Below are positions 29,612 to 40,082 of a stretch of DNA of 64,000 nucleotides, in pieces. Source of the DNA: Alphaproteobacteria bacterium (GTDB taxonomy: Bacteria > Pseudomonadota > Alphaproteobacteria > UBA11222); NCBI GenBank assembly GCA_038318895.1, contig JBBQCS010000006.1, positions 798-64,797 of the forward strand. The letters run 5' to 3'. How positions within the stretch are numbered: position 1 is the first letter of the stretch; each line of letters opens with the position of its first letter. The notes beneath the pieces were generated by a model that searched no databases, was not told where the DNA came from, and was given only the letters and a program-made list of their open reading frames with translations. The position numbers were made by a program, and so were the translations under genes.

Positions 29612-30019
29612 TCACCTGTGTTTGAACGGATCAATGAGCTTCACCCCAAATTCCCTGAAATCACGCATATTCCGGGTGGCCACCGTTAATCCGTGAATTT
29701 TTGCGGTTGCGGCAATCATGGCGTCCTCTATCAGCCTTTCCGGCTTTCGATGTCTCATGCGCGCCCATTCCTGGAACGCGGGCGCATCCATCGGCAGCAC
29801 AGCGCTACTGGCGACAACTTGCTCCAGCCATGCCTGCAACGCCTCCGCCCGGGCGGCGTCCTGCCCGCGCGTGATCTCTATCCCCGCCTGTATCTCGCCC
29901 ACCGTGACAGCGGACACGAAAAGCTGTTCCGCGGGAACGCTATTGACCCAGTTCACAACGCCCTGGTGCGGTTTAACCCGCCGCAGTTCCGAAACCACAT
30001 TGGTGTCGAGAAGATACAC
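29612..30019 (-). CDS. vapC: Type II toxin VapC (PIN-domain ribonuclease)
   Basis: 135 aa; MYLLDTNVVSELRR... with the conserved acidic PIN residues. It lies directly downstream of a small antitoxin gene with a 2 nt gap. Confidence 0.85.
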   Translation of the reverse strand: MYLLDTNVVSELRRVKPHQGVVNWVNSVPAEQLFVSAVTVGEIQAGIEITRGQDAARAEALQAWLEQVVASSAVLPMDAPAFQEWARMRHRKPERLIEDAMIAATAKIHGLTVATRNMRDFREFGVKLIDPFKHR

Positions 30020-30021
30020 AG

Positions 30022-30282
30022 CTATTCAAAAACCGGCGGTGAGCGATGCCGGTGCGGCCTGCGCGGCGGCGTGAGCGCATCGGCGCGCGGATGCGGCGCA
30101 AGCAGAAGGCTTTTCAGCCCCGCTCCGGCCAGCTTCTCCATTCTGCGCCATTGCGCGATCGGCACCAGAACGGCGGTCTCCTGGCCGCGCCGGGTGACGA
30201 TCTGCGGCCCGTGCGTCAGGCTCGCGTCAACGAACTCGCTGAACCGCGCCTTGGCGTCCTGAATCTGCCATGTCCTGGTCAT
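30022..30282 (-). CDS. Type II antitoxin, Phd/YefM family (partner of VapC)
   Basis: MTRTWQIQDAKARFSEFVDASLTHGPQIVTRRGQETAVLVP fits the Phd/YefM fold. Start at 30282 with a GGGAG RBS; the ORF track extends to 30339. Confidence 0.8.
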   Translation of the reverse strand: MTRTWQIQDAKARFSEFVDASLTHGPQIVTRRGQETAVLVPIAQWRRMEKLAGAGLKSLLLAPHPRADALTPPRRPHRHRSPPVFE

Positions 30283-30430
30283 GGGCTCCCTGCCTTGATC
30301 ATGCTGACTATATATATGACTAGTTTGAATTCTGGTCAAGCCGGATGATAGGGGGGGTGCCCCGGCGTGCAGCTGCGCCGCCGCTGCGCCCAGTGCGTCA
30401 TTGCTTTTAGCGCTTTAGTTGATCATGGCC

Positions 30431-30452
30431 AAAAGCGTTGCGCGTTGCGCAA
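30431..30452 (-). terminator. Possible weak terminator after the 43-residue-repeat protein gene
   Basis: TTGCGC-gtt-GCGCAA hairpin (6 bp stem) followed on the minus strand by CGCTTTTGG, about 6 nt past the stop codon. The region also contains the perfect palindrome GTTGCGCAAC. Confidence 0.3.
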
Positions 30453-30457
30453 CAAAG

Positions 30458-32314
30458 TCAATCCGTCTGCTGCCCCTTATTCTCATCCAGAAATTTTTTG
30501 AATGCCGGATCATTCCGGATGGGATCAAAGTCAGCTTCATCTGCCATCTCTTTATGGTTTAGCGGATAACCCTCTTTAAGCATCGCTTGCAGCGCCGTAA
30601 TTGCGTCCTCTACCGAACCTGTTCGCGCATAAACACAGGCCTTGTTGAAATAGGCAGATCGCACGACGTCGCGGATTTCTGGTTGCTCATTTGTACTGTA
30701 ATCCGCAATCACACCGTCATAAGCGATTTTTTCCTCAAGTGATTGCCCCAATTTCCCTAGAAATACAGCCCTCGAGACACGAGCTTTCGCCATCAACACC
30801 TGCAAGCCCGGTAAAGCTGTAGCCTCGCATTTCGCAATCAAATTATCATAGCCGGTAATTGCATCAATATGCTTACCCAATTGCCCATTGGCATAGGCCA
30901 TATAGAAAATCGCATTGGCAACTTGTTCCTGTAACTCCGGCTCATCGCGGGAACCGTATCGGCCTATCATGTCTTCACAGACGGCAATTGCATTTTCGTA
31001 CTGCCCCAACTGCCCAAATGCATAGGCCTTGCCGTAAAATGCTTTGCTAACTTGTTTTTGCAGCACAAACATATCGTTTGCCGCAAAACGCGTTATTACA
31101 ATCCCATAGACGTCAATCGCTTTTTCATGCCTCCCTAATGTCCCAAGCGCCACACCTTTGTTAACAAACGCGTGGGCCACTTGCTCCAGTAACTCCGGCG
31201 CGTCGCTGGCCCCAAAACGATCTATAACTTCATCATATACATCAATTTCATCCTCCAACCGCCCCAATTTCCCAAGCGCCACACCTTTTTTAACAAGCGC
31301 AACGGCCACTTGGGCCTGCAACGCTGGCGTAAAGCTAATCGTATAGATCGCAATTACATCATTGTAGGCGACAATCGCCTGATCCCACTGCTTTAATCGC
31401 CCAAGCAATTCGCCTTTATGGATGAGCAATCTGGCCACCCCTTCCTGCACCGCAGGATCGGGAACAATCCTTAATCGAGTAATTTCACTCTCATAGACGG
31501 CGATTGCTTCCTTTAACCGTTGCAATTCCCCGAGTGCAAAGCCTTCACTATAACGTGCAAAGGCATAGGCCCCCGTTTTTTCACCAAATAATAGCTGCAT
31601 CTGTTGCGCAGCAGTGAGCATCGCAGCCCATTGTTTTTCAGCAAGATAATTGACGATAATCGCTCGATAGTCTTCGGCGCTGCGATTCTGCAGTGGTCTG
31701 TCCAAAGCTGCCTTTGCGATATCAGCGACTACTTTACGATCTTCGGGAGTTTTTGCCACTTCGCCGGGAGGTAAATTTCTTACAATTTCCGCAACCCTGG
31801 TTTCATGATCGCGTATTCTTGCAACTATTGTATCGACTTCCGTGAGCCGCGCCTTGATCTCATCTCCCACGCCTTTCACGGCTTCCGCGACCGCGACTTT
31901 TTCCAAACGCAGGGTAATGAAAAGCACTATCATCGTAATCAAGATAGCAAAAAGTCCAATCGACGCACTTACGATTATCTCCATACGCGAATAGGCATCT
32001 TCCTGCAGTTCGGCTTTCGCTTGCTGCACCGACAATTCGCGCTCCGCATCTCTGGCGCGTTGTTCCGCCTGCCCTAAACCCGTCTGCGCTTGCCTTGCCT
32101 GATCCGCCAGCCGTTGGATTTCCGCGTCGCGTTCGCGCCGCTCGGCCTCATCGGCGCGGGTTTGTGCGTCGCGTGCCTGCATCTGCAATTGTTCAAGCAG
32201 GGTATCGCGCACCTGCTGTTGCGCCAGCTGCGGCATGGCGGGCGCTTGATCCTCCGCCGCCATCACCGGGACGGCCGCGAATAGCAGCAGTGCAACGAAT
32301 AATCGGATCATCAT
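30458..32314 (-). CDS. Membrane-anchored repeat protein: signal peptide, Q/R/E/A-rich coiled-coil, one TM helix, then seven to eight 43-residue TPR-like repeats (hypothetical)
   Basis: 618 aa. N-terminus MMIRLFVALLLFAAVPVMA; coiled-coil from ~30-105; TM helix IIVSASIGLFAILITMIVLFITL. Repeats start at residues 287, 330, 373, 416, 459, 502 and 545, every 43 residues exactly (consensus PELQEQVA.A...KGVALG.LGR.E.AI.VYD.VI.R). GC of this gene is ~47% against ~60% in neighbours. Confidence 0.7.
   Translation of the reverse strand: MMIRLFVALLLFAAVPVMAAEDQAPAMPQLAQQQVRDTLLEQLQMQARDAQTRADEAERRERDAEIQRLADQARQAQTGLGQAEQRARDAERELSVQQAKAELQEDAYSRMEIIVSASIGLFAILITMIVLFITLRLEKVAVAEAVKGVGDEIKARLTEVDTIVARIRDHETRVAEIVRNLPPGEVAKTPEDRKVVADIAKAALDRPLQNRSAEDYRAIIVNYLAEKQWAAMLTAAQQMQLLFGEKTGAYAFARYSEGFALGELQRLKEAIAVYESEITRLRIVPDPAVQEGVARLLIHKGELLGRLKQWDQAIVAYNDVIAIYTISFTPALQAQVAVALVKKGVALGKLGRLEDEIDVYDEVIDRFGASDAPELLEQVAHAFVNKGVALGTLGRHEKAIDVYGIVITRFAANDMFVLQKQVSKAFYGKAYAFGQLGQYENAIAVCEDMIGRYGSRDEPELQEQVANAIFYMAYANGQLGKHIDAITGYDNLIAKCEATALPGLQVLMAKARVSRAVFLGKLGQSLEEKIAYDGVIADYSTNEQPEIRDVVRSAYFNKACVYARTGSVEDAITALQAMLKEGYPLNHKEMADEADFDPIRNDPAFKKFLDENKGQQTD
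30554..31456 (-). repeat. Coding region for seven strictly periodic 43-aa TPR-like repeats (an eighth, degenerate copy extends to ~31585)
   Basis: Protein-level periodicity of exactly 43 residues with no indels between residues 287 and 587. Confidence 0.65.
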
Positions 32315-32408
32315 AAAACCGCCCCCTGCCCCGGAATCCTCCGCAGGCTATGAATGTACACTATTTGTTCTTCGTTGTCAATCGCCATGACACTTTGCGC
32401 GCACATCC

Positions 32409-33599
32409 CTACCCCAGATAGCGCTGCAACCTGTCCAGCGCCTCCTGCAGCACGGCGTCCTGTTTGCAGAAACAAAACCTTATCAGTTTTTCGGCCGGCA
32501 GTTCCCCGCTCCCGCCGGGCATGGCCGCCATGCTGAAGGGGCTGAGGGGCATGGCGGCGACGCCTGCCTCCGTGGTGATGCGTTTGCAGAAGGCCACGTC
32601 GTCTTCGCCATCCCGCGCGAAGGCGCTGTAACCGGCGATGACAAAATAGGTTCCCTGGCAGGGCAAAACATCAAATCCGATATGGCGCAATCCATCGCCG
32701 AGCAGGTCGCGGCTGGCCTGCATGTCCGCCGCCAGGCTGTTGAAATAGCCGTCGTCCTTGGCCAGGCCATAGGCCACCGCCTTTTGCAGATTGGGCGCGG
32801 TAGTGAAGGTCAGAAACTGATGCGCCTTGGCGATTATTTCCGCCAGCCGCTCTGGCGCGGTGATATATCCCACCTTCCAGCCGGTCAGTGAAAAGCTCTT
32901 GCCGGCCGATCCGATGCGCACACTGCGCTGCGCCATGCCGGGCAGCGTCATGATCGGAATATGCGGCGCGCCGTCAAAGGTGAGATGCTCATACACCTCG
33001 TCGCACACGACATAGGCGTCATGCGCAATCGCCAGATCCGCAATGAAGTGCAGTTCATCGCGGCTGAACACCTTGCCGATCGGGTTCATGGGAGAATTCA
33101 GCAAAATGATCTTGGTGTTTTGCGTGCAGGCATTGCTCAGCGCCTCGCGCGGCAATTCCCACGCGGGCGGCCGCAGCCGCACCGGCCGCGCCACCGCGCC
33201 CGCCAGCTGCACGATGGGCAGATAGACGTCAAACATCGGCTCGAACAGCACCACCTCGTCGCCCGGATTTAACAGCGCCGACAGCGTGGCGGCCAGGGCC
33301 TCGGTCGCGCCCGATGTCACCAGCACCTGTTTTTGCCAGTCCACCCGCAAACCATAAAACCGGGCATTGTGCGCCGCCACCGCCTGGCGCAGTTCGGGCA
33401 GGCCCTGCGAGGGCGGGTACTGGTTGGGGCCATCCATCAGGGCCTTGGCGGCCACGGCGCGAATATCCTCGGGTCCATCCTCGCCGGGGAACCCCTGCCC
33501 CAGATTGATGGCCTGATGGGCTACGGCCAGCGCCGACATGGTGGTGAAGATCGTCGTGCCGTATTCGGACAGAACCTTGTTCAGCGGAAGGCCAGGCAC
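32409..33599 (-). CDS. PLP-dependent aminotransferase, class I (YbdL-like methionine/kynurenine aminotransferase family)
   Basis: Strong resemblance to YbdL (LSEYGTTIFTTMSALAVAHQAINLGQGFP...) and a conserved Lys region (SAGKSFSLTGWKVGY). Confidence 0.8.
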   Translation of the reverse strand: MPGLPLNKVLSEYGTTIFTTMSALAVAHQAINLGQGFPGEDGPEDIRAVAAKALMDGPNQYPPSQGLPELRQAVAAHNARFYGLRVDWQKQVLVTSGATEALAATLSALLNPGDEVVLFEPMFDVYLPIVQLAGAVARPVRLRPPAWELPREALSNACTQNTKIILLNSPMNPIGKVFSRDELHFIADLAIAHDAYVVCDEVYEHLTFDGAPHIPIMTLPGMAQRSVRIGSAGKSFSLTGWKVGYITAPERLAEIIAKAHQFLTFTTAPNLQKAVAYGLAKDDGYFNSLAADMQASRDLLGDGLRHIGFDVLPCQGTYFVIAGYSAFARDGEDDVAFCKRITTEAGVAAMPLSPFSMAAMPGGSGELPAEKLIRFCFCKQDAVLQEALDRLQRYLG

Positions 33600-33637
33600 A
33601 GCGCGTTCCTCTTTCTGATCGCGTTAATGGCCGGCCG

Positions 33638-34435
33638 CTAGGCGGCTGGCGTACAGATACTGCGGGTTGCCGCGCGGATAAAATCCACGATCTCCATCAC
33701 CTCCGCATGATCCTTGAACTGCGCGGCGACGTCTTCCAATCTTTCCTGCAGGGTGCCCTCGGCTGCAAACAGCATGCGATAGGCATTACGCAGCCCATGG
33801 ATTTGATCGCGCGAAAACCCGCGCCGTTTAAGCCCGACAATATTCAGCCCGCCCAAATGCGCACGATTGCCCACCACCGAACCATAGGGGATTACGTCGT
33901 CCACGACGCCGGACATGCCGCCAATCATGGCGTGCCGCCCCACGCGGGCGAATTGCTGCACCGCCGACAGCCCCCCCAGAATGGCGTAATCGCCCAGCGT
34001 CACATGCCCCGCCAGGGTCGCGTGATTTGCCAAAATCACGTGGTTGCCGACCTGGCAATCATGCGCCACATGTGCACCGGCCATGAACAGGCCATTGTCG
34101 CCCACCCGCGTCACCATGCCGCCGCCCGCGGTGCCGGGGTTCATGGTCACATGTTCGCGAATCACATTATTGGCGCCGACGATCAGTTCGCTCGTCTCGC
34201 CCGCATATTTCTGATCCTGCGGCGGATGACCGATCGATGCAAAAGGAAACACGGTGCACCCTGCACCGAGTGTCGTTCTACCCGCAATAGTGACATGGGA
34301 ATGCAGCGTCACCGCATCGCCCAGCACAACATTTTCGCCCACCACGCAATATGGGCCAATCGCTACGCCGCGGCCCAGTTGCGCGCCTTTATGCACGACC
34401 GCAGAGGGGTGTATCTCGGTTGTTGCCACGTTCAT
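33638..34435 (-). CDS. lpxA: Acyl-ACP--UDP-N-acetylglucosamine O-acyltransferase
   Basis: Hexapeptide-repeat left-handed beta-helix protein with the LpxA N-terminus ([26 protein letters not shown]). It sits in the lpxD-fabZ-lpxA order. Confidence 0.9.
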   Translation of the reverse strand: MNVATTEIHPSAVVHKGAQLGRGVAIGPYCVVGENVVLGDAVTLHSHVTIAGRTTLGAGCTVFPFASIGHPPQDQKYAGETSELIVGANNVIREHVTMNPGTAGGGMVTRVGDNGLFMAGAHVAHDCQVGNHVILANHATLAGHVTLGDYAILGGLSAVQQFARVGRHAMIGGMSGVVDDVIPYGSVVGNRAHLGGLNIVGLKRRGFSRDQIHGLRNAYRMLFAAEGTLQERLEDVAAQFKDHAEVMEIVDFIRAATRSICTPAA

Positions 34436-34908
34436 TTATCCACGATCATCGCGCTGTAATCCGCTTCGGCCATGAGTTGACCGTTTACCCTGGCCTCGCC
34501 ATGAAACTTCGATACCGCGCCGCGCCCATGAATCAGGCTGACATGCAGCAGCAGCGTATCACCTGGCACCACTGGTTTGCGAAAGCGGCATTTGTCGATG
34601 GTCATGAAATAAACCAGCTTGCTGTCGGCCACATCGCCCGCGCTGTGCATAATCAGCGCGCCGGAGGTTTGCGCCATGGCTTCAACGATCAGCACACCGG
34701 GCATAACCGGATGCGATGGAAAATGGCCCTGAAAAAAAGGCTCGTTCATGGTCACATTCTTGACGCCGGTCGCCGATATTCCGGGAACAATATCGCGCAG
34801 CCCATCAATCATCAGCATCGGATAACGGTGTGGCAACAACTGCATCACCCGGGTTACATCCAGCGCGTCTGCAATCGGAGTTGACGATGGTATTTTTTCC
34901 TCACTCAT
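34432..34908 (-). CDS. fabZ: 3-hydroxyacyl-ACP dehydratase FabZ
   Basis: Hot-dog fold with FabZ motifs ([20 protein letters not shown]). Start at MSEEK (34908); the ORF track extends to 35043 and would overlap lpxD. Confidence 0.9.
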   Translation of the reverse strand: MSEEKIPSSTPIADALDVTRVMQLLPHRYPMLMIDGLRDIVPGISATGVKNVTMNEPFFQGHFPSHPVMPGVLIVEAMAQTSGALIMHSAGDVADSKLVYFMTIDKCRFRKPVVPGDTLLLHVSLIHGRGAVSKFHGEARVNGQLMAEADYSAMIVDK

Positions 34909-35932
34909 CTGGTTGTCCTTTTGGTTTGGCCATTTTCGCCAGACTTGCCACTTCCCGAAAATACTGTTTGGCTGGCATGGCGGGAGAACCGACAACCCGT
35001 TCGCGCGCTGCAACATCACGCATGACCCCCGCCTGCGCCGCAATCATTGCCCCGTCGCCAATTTTCAGATGACCGGTAATACCAGCCTGGCCGCCGATCA
35101 TCACATAATCCCCAATTTCCGTGCTGCCGGAAATGCCTGTTTGCGCGGCGATAATACAACGACGGCCAATACGGACATTGTGTGCAACCTGCACCAGATT
35201 ATCTATCCAGGTGCCTTCGCCAATCACTGTGTCCGAGCCCGTGCCACGATCGATCGTCGTATTGGCGCCAATATCGCAATTGTCCTGGATAATCACCCGG
35301 CCAAGCTGTGGCACCTTGACAAACCCGCCCGGGTCAGGCGCAAAGCCAAAACCGTCCTGCCCAACGCGTACCCCCGGGTGTAAAGTTACATTGTCGCCGA
35401 TCAAAGCACAGCAAATCGACGTCATTGGACCAACCCATGCGCCTGCGCCGATCATTACATGATCACCGATAACGGCATTGGCGCCGATAAAGCTGCCGGA
35501 TCCAATTTCAGCCGCCGCGCCAATAACAGCGCCGGGCGATACGTATACATCGTCGCCCAGCCTGGCGGTCGGATCAACGCAGGCCCCCGCACAGATAGCC
35601 CCCGGGTGCCGCGGCCGTGGATAAAATTTTTGCGCCACGAGCGCATACGCCTTGTAGGGGGATCCGCAAATGATCAAAGCCATTCCAGGGGGGGCATGTT
35701 TGGCCATACCGGGAGCGACGATACACGCCCCCGCGCCCGATTTTTCGAACTCAGCAATATATTTTCGATTGTCGAGAAAGCTTACCTGATCCGGCCCCGC
35801 GAGTGACAAGGGCGCAACGTCGCGTAACACCATCGCGACGTCCGCGCCCTCCGACAGTTCACCCTGCGCAGTCGCCGCCAGTTCCGACAGGGTGAAAGGA
35901 CCATGATTGTTGAAGAATTGCGGATCCGCCAT
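34901..35932 (-). CDS. lpxD: UDP-3-O-acylglucosamine N-acyltransferase
   Basis: Hexapeptide repeats and the LpxD N-terminal region. Start at MADPQFF (35932). Confidence 0.9.
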   Translation of the reverse strand: MADPQFFNNHGPFTLSELAATAQGELSEGADVAMVLRDVAPLSLAGPDQVSFLDNRKYIAEFEKSGAGACIVAPGMAKHAPPGMALIICGSPYKAYALVAQKFYPRPRHPGAICAGACVDPTARLGDDVYVSPGAVIGAAAEIGSGSFIGANAVIGDHVMIGAGAWVGPMTSICCALIGDNVTLHPGVRVGQDGFGFAPDPGGFVKVPQLGRVIIQDNCDIGANTTIDRGTGSDTVIGEGTWIDNLVQVAHNVRIGRRCIIAAQTGISGSTEIGDYVMIGGQAGITGHLKIGDGAMIAAQAGVMRDVAARERVVGSPAMPAKQYFREVASLAKMAKPKGQPDE

Positions 35933-35999
35933 TCGCGCTCTGTATCCCACTCCTCCCCGGGATGGCCCAGCGCCACCCCGTTCGCGCAATAAACCAGCG

Positions 36000-36566
36000 C
36001 TACTTCTTGGAGGTTTCCACCTTAACCGAAGGCACTTTTTTATTCAGCCGCTCAATTACTGACGCGGTAACGTCAAGGCTCTCAGATGACGTCAGCACCA
36101 TTCGACGATCAACCATCAGATTCGCGCCGCGTTCCGTCATCAGTTCCTTCAAAATCGGCTCCAGCGCCTTTAGTAGTTTAGTCTGGGCGGCGCGCACCGC
36201 ATCTTGCATATTCTGTTGCGCCTCCTGCAACTTGCGCTGTTCGTCTCCGACCTTGGTTTCAAACTCCCGCCGCTTGATATCAAACTGTTCCGGCGCCAGA
36301 AGGGTCTGCTGCTGCTTAAGACCAACCTCCTCGGCTTTGAGTTTTTCTTCCGCACTTTTTGCCTGCGCCTGCAGCTTTTTCTCGAAATCGCGAATTTGCG
36401 TTTGCATCGACTTTGCGGCCGAAGACTGCTCCTGAATTCGTACCGTATCTACGACAAGAATGTTCGCCGCTGCGGTCTGCGCCACGGCAACCGGCGCCGC
36501 CAACGCAAAAGACAATGCAATCAAAGCACCTGTGGTCCTCGTTAAGAAAGAAAACATTTCGTCCAT
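36000..36566 (-). CDS. OmpH/Skp-family periplasmic chaperone
   Basis: Signal peptide plus a coiled-coil-rich 188 aa protein, in the conserved position between bamA and lpxD. Confidence 0.8.
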   Translation of the reverse strand: MDEMFSFLTRTTGALIALSFALAAPVAVAQTAAANILVVDTVRIQEQSSAAKSMQTQIRDFEKKLQAQAKSAEEKLKAEEVGLKQQQTLLAPEQFDIKRREFETKVGDEQRKLQEAQQNMQDAVRAAQTKLLKALEPILKELMTERGANLMVDRRMVLTSSESLDVTASVIERLNKKVPSVKVETSKK

Positions 36567-36590
36567 CCTTTGGGGGGGTAAAACTTAAAA

Positions 36591-38903
36591 CTAGAACCGT
36601 GTACCAACGTCAAACCTGAAACTTTCCGTCTGATCGAAATCTTCTTTCACAATCGGCTTGGCCAGATCCAATCGAATAGGTCCAAAAGGCGAATCCCAGG
36701 CTACGCCGACACCAACGGTCACACGCGGACTGTTACTGTTCAGAACGCCAAATCCCTTGTCAACCGGCGTCGCGACCGCGCCCGCATCGGTAAACAGATT
36801 GCCGAGAATGCCAAACTCTTCGGGCAGGCCCAGCGGAAAGGTCACTTGCGCCGTGCCAATATAATAGAGCCGCCCACCAAGCGCATCATCGGTGAATTGA
36901 TCCCTGGGACCGAGACCGGCCGTCTCAAAGCCCCGGAAGCTGCGCCCGCCCTTAAAGAAACGGTCATTGAGCCGGACCAGTTGGTTCAGGCCGTCGATAT
37001 AGCCTGACCGGATGGCCAGGTTGCCAACGACCTCTTCTCCCAGTGGATAGAAATACTGGGCTTCGCCTTCCGTACGCACATATGTCACGTCACCACCAAC
37101 ACCTGCAAAATCCTGCAGGAAGGTAAAGGTGAACCCGCGATGCGGATCTAGCTGATCATCTACATCCTGGTAGGTGTAACGATAACCGATCAATGATGTC
37201 ACATCGCTGCCCAGCGCAGCCAGAATAAATGGCGAGGCATTACTCGGCGCGCCACCGATCTTGTCCTGCCTCAAGCTGTAGCGTAGTCGCGCCCCGGCAT
37301 ATTCCGATAGAGGCGCACCAATGGACAAGGTAAAGCCGGTTTGCTCGGTGTCGAACGAGGCAAAATCCGTAAAGTCATTGCGGACCCGGAAAAGATCGAA
37401 GCCGGCGGCCAACTGCCTGTTCAGGAAATAGGGTTCCGAGAAACTAAGCTCCAATTGCTGTGTGAGCGAACTTGCCTGTGCCGATGCGCGCAGAAACTGC
37501 CCTTTACCGAGTAAGTTACGCTCCGCAATGCTGACATCGGCGATAACGCTTTCGGTCGACGAAAAGCCAACGCCGAAACTTAATTGCCCGGTGGACTTTT
37601 CCTTTACCTCAACATTGATAATCGTCCGGTCAGGAGTTTCTCCCGGCGTCTGCGTGATTTCCACATCGGCGAAGAAATTCAGGCCGCGGATACGCGATCG
37701 TGAGCGGTTAAGTTTGGCGGTATTGAAGGCGTCCCCCTCCACAATCCGAAACTCACGGCGAATAACCCGGTCAAGGGTGCGCACATTGCCTTCAATATTT
37801 ATCTTCTCGACATAGACACGCGGACCTTCATTAATCTGATAAATAATATCGATCTTACGTTCATCTTTTTGCCTGTTGATCTTCGGTCGGATGTCGACGA
37901 AGGCATACCCGTATTCGCCGGCGGCATAGGTCAGGTCCTCCACCGTGTCGTCAATCATCTTGGCGTTATACATCTCTCCCGAACGGGACTTGATCTTGTC
38001 ACGCAGCAGTTCGGGATCAATTTTTTCAAGCTCGGTCTTTATGTCGACAGTGCCGAATTCGTATTGCGGTCCTTCATCGACCACAAAGGTGATGAAAAAC
38101 TCTTCCCGGTCGCGGGTCAGTTCGGCGACAGCTGAAACAACGCGAAAGTCGGCGTAACCGCGGCTAAGATAGAAGCGGCGCAATTGCTCGCGGTCAAACA
38201 CCAGGCGGTCCGGATCATAATTGTCGCGTGATGCGAGAATATTCCACCAGCGCGATACTTGCGTGGATACTTCGCTGCGTAGCCGGCTATCGGAAAAACG
38301 CCGATTACCGATAAAATAGATTTGGCGGATACCGGTTACCGACCCTTCCTTGATCTCAAACACGAGATCGACCCGGTTTTGAGGAAGCTGAATGACTTTC
38401 GGCTCGACCGTCGCCGCAAAACGGCCGGAGCGGCGATAAACCTCTATGATGCGCTTCAAATCATCCTGAACCCGGGCGCGGGTATAAACGATACGCGGCT
38501 TCAGGCGCACTTCACCATCCAGCGCCTCATCCTTGATCGCTGAATTACCTTCGAACGAAACCTGGTTGATGATCGGATTTTCCACCACATTGACGACGAG
38601 CCTGTCACCTTCACGCCGAATAGTGACGTCGGCAAAAAGTCCCGTCGAAAACAAGGTCTTTAATGATTGGTCGGTCTTTGCGGCGTCGAGTTCGCTACCG
38701 GGTTTCAACACCATATAAGAACGAACCGTATCGGCTTCTATACGCTGATTGCCCGTAACCTCTATCGCACTGATGGTCTGCGCATCTGCTGTTCCCATAG
38801 CGGAGAAACCCCCTGCAATGGCAAGCAACAAGATAGCGGCCCAGCGGCGCCAAACAGATGATGGCTGATCGGGCCCATATTCTGTAAATCGTAAAAGCAT
38901 CAT
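36591..38903 (-). CDS. bamA: Outer membrane protein assembly factor BamA
   Basis: 770 aa. Signal peptide, POTRA repeats and a C-terminal Omp85 beta-barrel ending in an aromatic residue (..VGTRF). Confidence 0.9.
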   Translation of the reverse strand: MMLLRFTEYGPDQPSSVWRRWAAILLLAIAGGFSAMGTADAQTISAIEVTGNQRIEADTVRSYMVLKPGSELDAAKTDQSLKTLFSTGLFADVTIRREGDRLVVNVVENPIINQVSFEGNSAIKDEALDGEVRLKPRIVYTRARVQDDLKRIIEVYRRSGRFAATVEPKVIQLPQNRVDLVFEIKEGSVTGIRQIYFIGNRRFSDSRLRSEVSTQVSRWWNILASRDNYDPDRLVFDREQLRRFYLSRGYADFRVVSAVAELTRDREEFFITFVVDEGPQYEFGTVDIKTELEKIDPELLRDKIKSRSGEMYNAKMIDDTVEDLTYAAGEYGYAFVDIRPKINRQKDERKIDIIYQINEGPRVYVEKINIEGNVRTLDRVIRREFRIVEGDAFNTAKLNRSRSRIRGLNFFADVEITQTPGETPDRTIINVEVKEKSTGQLSFGVGFSSTESVIADVSIAERNLLGKGQFLRASAQASSLTQQLELSFSEPYFLNRQLAAGFDLFRVRNDFTDFASFDTEQTGFTLSIGAPLSEYAGARLRYSLRQDKIGGAPSNASPFILAALGSDVTSLIGYRYTYQDVDDQLDPHRGFTFTFLQDFAGVGGDVTYVRTEGEAQYFYPLGEEVVGNLAIRSGYIDGLNQLVRLNDRFFKGGRSFRGFETAGLGPRDQFTDDALGGRLYYIGTAQVTFPLGLPEEFGILGNLFTDAGAVATPVDKGFGVLNSNSPRVTVGVGVAWDSPFGPIRLDLAKPIVKEDFDQTESFRFDVGTRF

Positions 38904-38918
38904 TTGCCGGAAAATTAC

Positions 38919-40064
38919 TCAGGAAAAAAGGCCTGCCAGAAAATCCACAACACGCAGATTGACCAGATCATTCCATGTTACAAACAGAATTAGAGTGGTA
39001 ATAGCCGCGAAGCCGATTCGATAGCTGAAATCGAGCACCCGCGGATTTACCGGTCGCCGCCAGACGGCTTCTATTGCATAGAACACCAGATGCCCGCCGT
39101 CCAGCATCGGCACCGGGAACAGGTTCAATAGCCCAATACTAATGGATAGAACAGCCATCAAATGTATCAGCGCAGGAATACTGACTTGCGCCACCTGCCC
39201 GGACATTTGCGCAATCCTTAACGGCCCGCCAAGCTGTTCCGTGCTTTCCTTGCCCATTATCATGCGGCCAAGATAGACAAATGTCTGATCGATAATGAAA
39301 TACGTTTCCTGCACGCCAAGTGCGAGAGCCCGCACAGGCCCGGCATACTCCACAATCTGATCTTCAGGATTGTTCGCCCTGACCAGGCCGATAAGGCCCC
39401 TGCGCTGCACATTGCCGAACGCGTCGGTAAATTCATCCACACGCGGGACTACCATCAGATTTAGCTGCTGATCCTCGCGCTCAACCAGAACATCCAGAGT
39501 GTCGCCCGCGCTAAGCATGACCCGGCGCTGTAAGTCCGAGAAGCTCTCGATATATTCGCCGTCAATGGCCAGAACCACGTCGCCTGGCTGAAAACCGGCC
39601 TGTTCAGCCGCACTACCGGGCTGCACCTGATCCACCCTGGCGAGAATGGTCGTACGGCCCATTGTCATGAACAAGGTTGCGAATATAAGAATACCGAGAA
39701 TAAAATTGGCTATCGGGCCCGCCGCGACGACCGCCATCCGGCTACCTACGGGTTTGTGATGAAAACTGACCCGTTTATCAGCCGCACTCATTTGCTGTAA
39801 CTGTTCTCTGTCAGCGGTGCTGGCGGCGGACTCATCTCCCCAAAATTTAACGTATCCGCCAAGTGGCAGCCAGCCAACCTTCCACCTGGTGCCACGGGAA
39901 TCATTCCAGCCAAACAACTCCCGGCCAAAACCGATGGCGAAGGTTTCCACCCGCACCCCGCAATATCGGGCAACCAGAAAATGGCCAAGCTCGTGAAAGA
40001 AAACGACCACCGTCAGGACCAACAAAAATGCGCCGATATAGATCAGAATATCACCGGAAATCAC
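38919..40064 (-). CDS. rseP: RIP zinc metalloprotease RseP
   Basis: HELGH zinc site near the N-terminus, a PDZ domain and multiple TM helices. Confidence 0.9.
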   Translation of the reverse strand: MISGDILIYIGAFLLVLTVVVFFHELGHFLVARYCGVRVETFAIGFGRELFGWNDSRGTRWKVGWLPLGGYVKFWGDESAASTADREQLQQMSAADKRVSFHHKPVGSRMAVVAAGPIANFILGILIFATLFMTMGRTTILARVDQVQPGSAAEQAGFQPGDVVLAIDGEYIESFSDLQRRVMLSAGDTLDVLVEREDQQLNLMVVPRVDEFTDAFGNVQRRGLIGLVRANNPEDQIVEYAGPVRALALGVQETYFIIDQTFVYLGRMIMGKESTEQLGGPLRIAQMSGQVAQVSIPALIHLMAVLSISIGLLNLFPVPMLDGGHLVFYAIEAVWRRPVNPRVLDFSYRIGFAAITTLILFVTWNDLVNLRVVDFLAGLFS

Positions 40065-40082
40065 CGTTCTCTCCTTATCACG

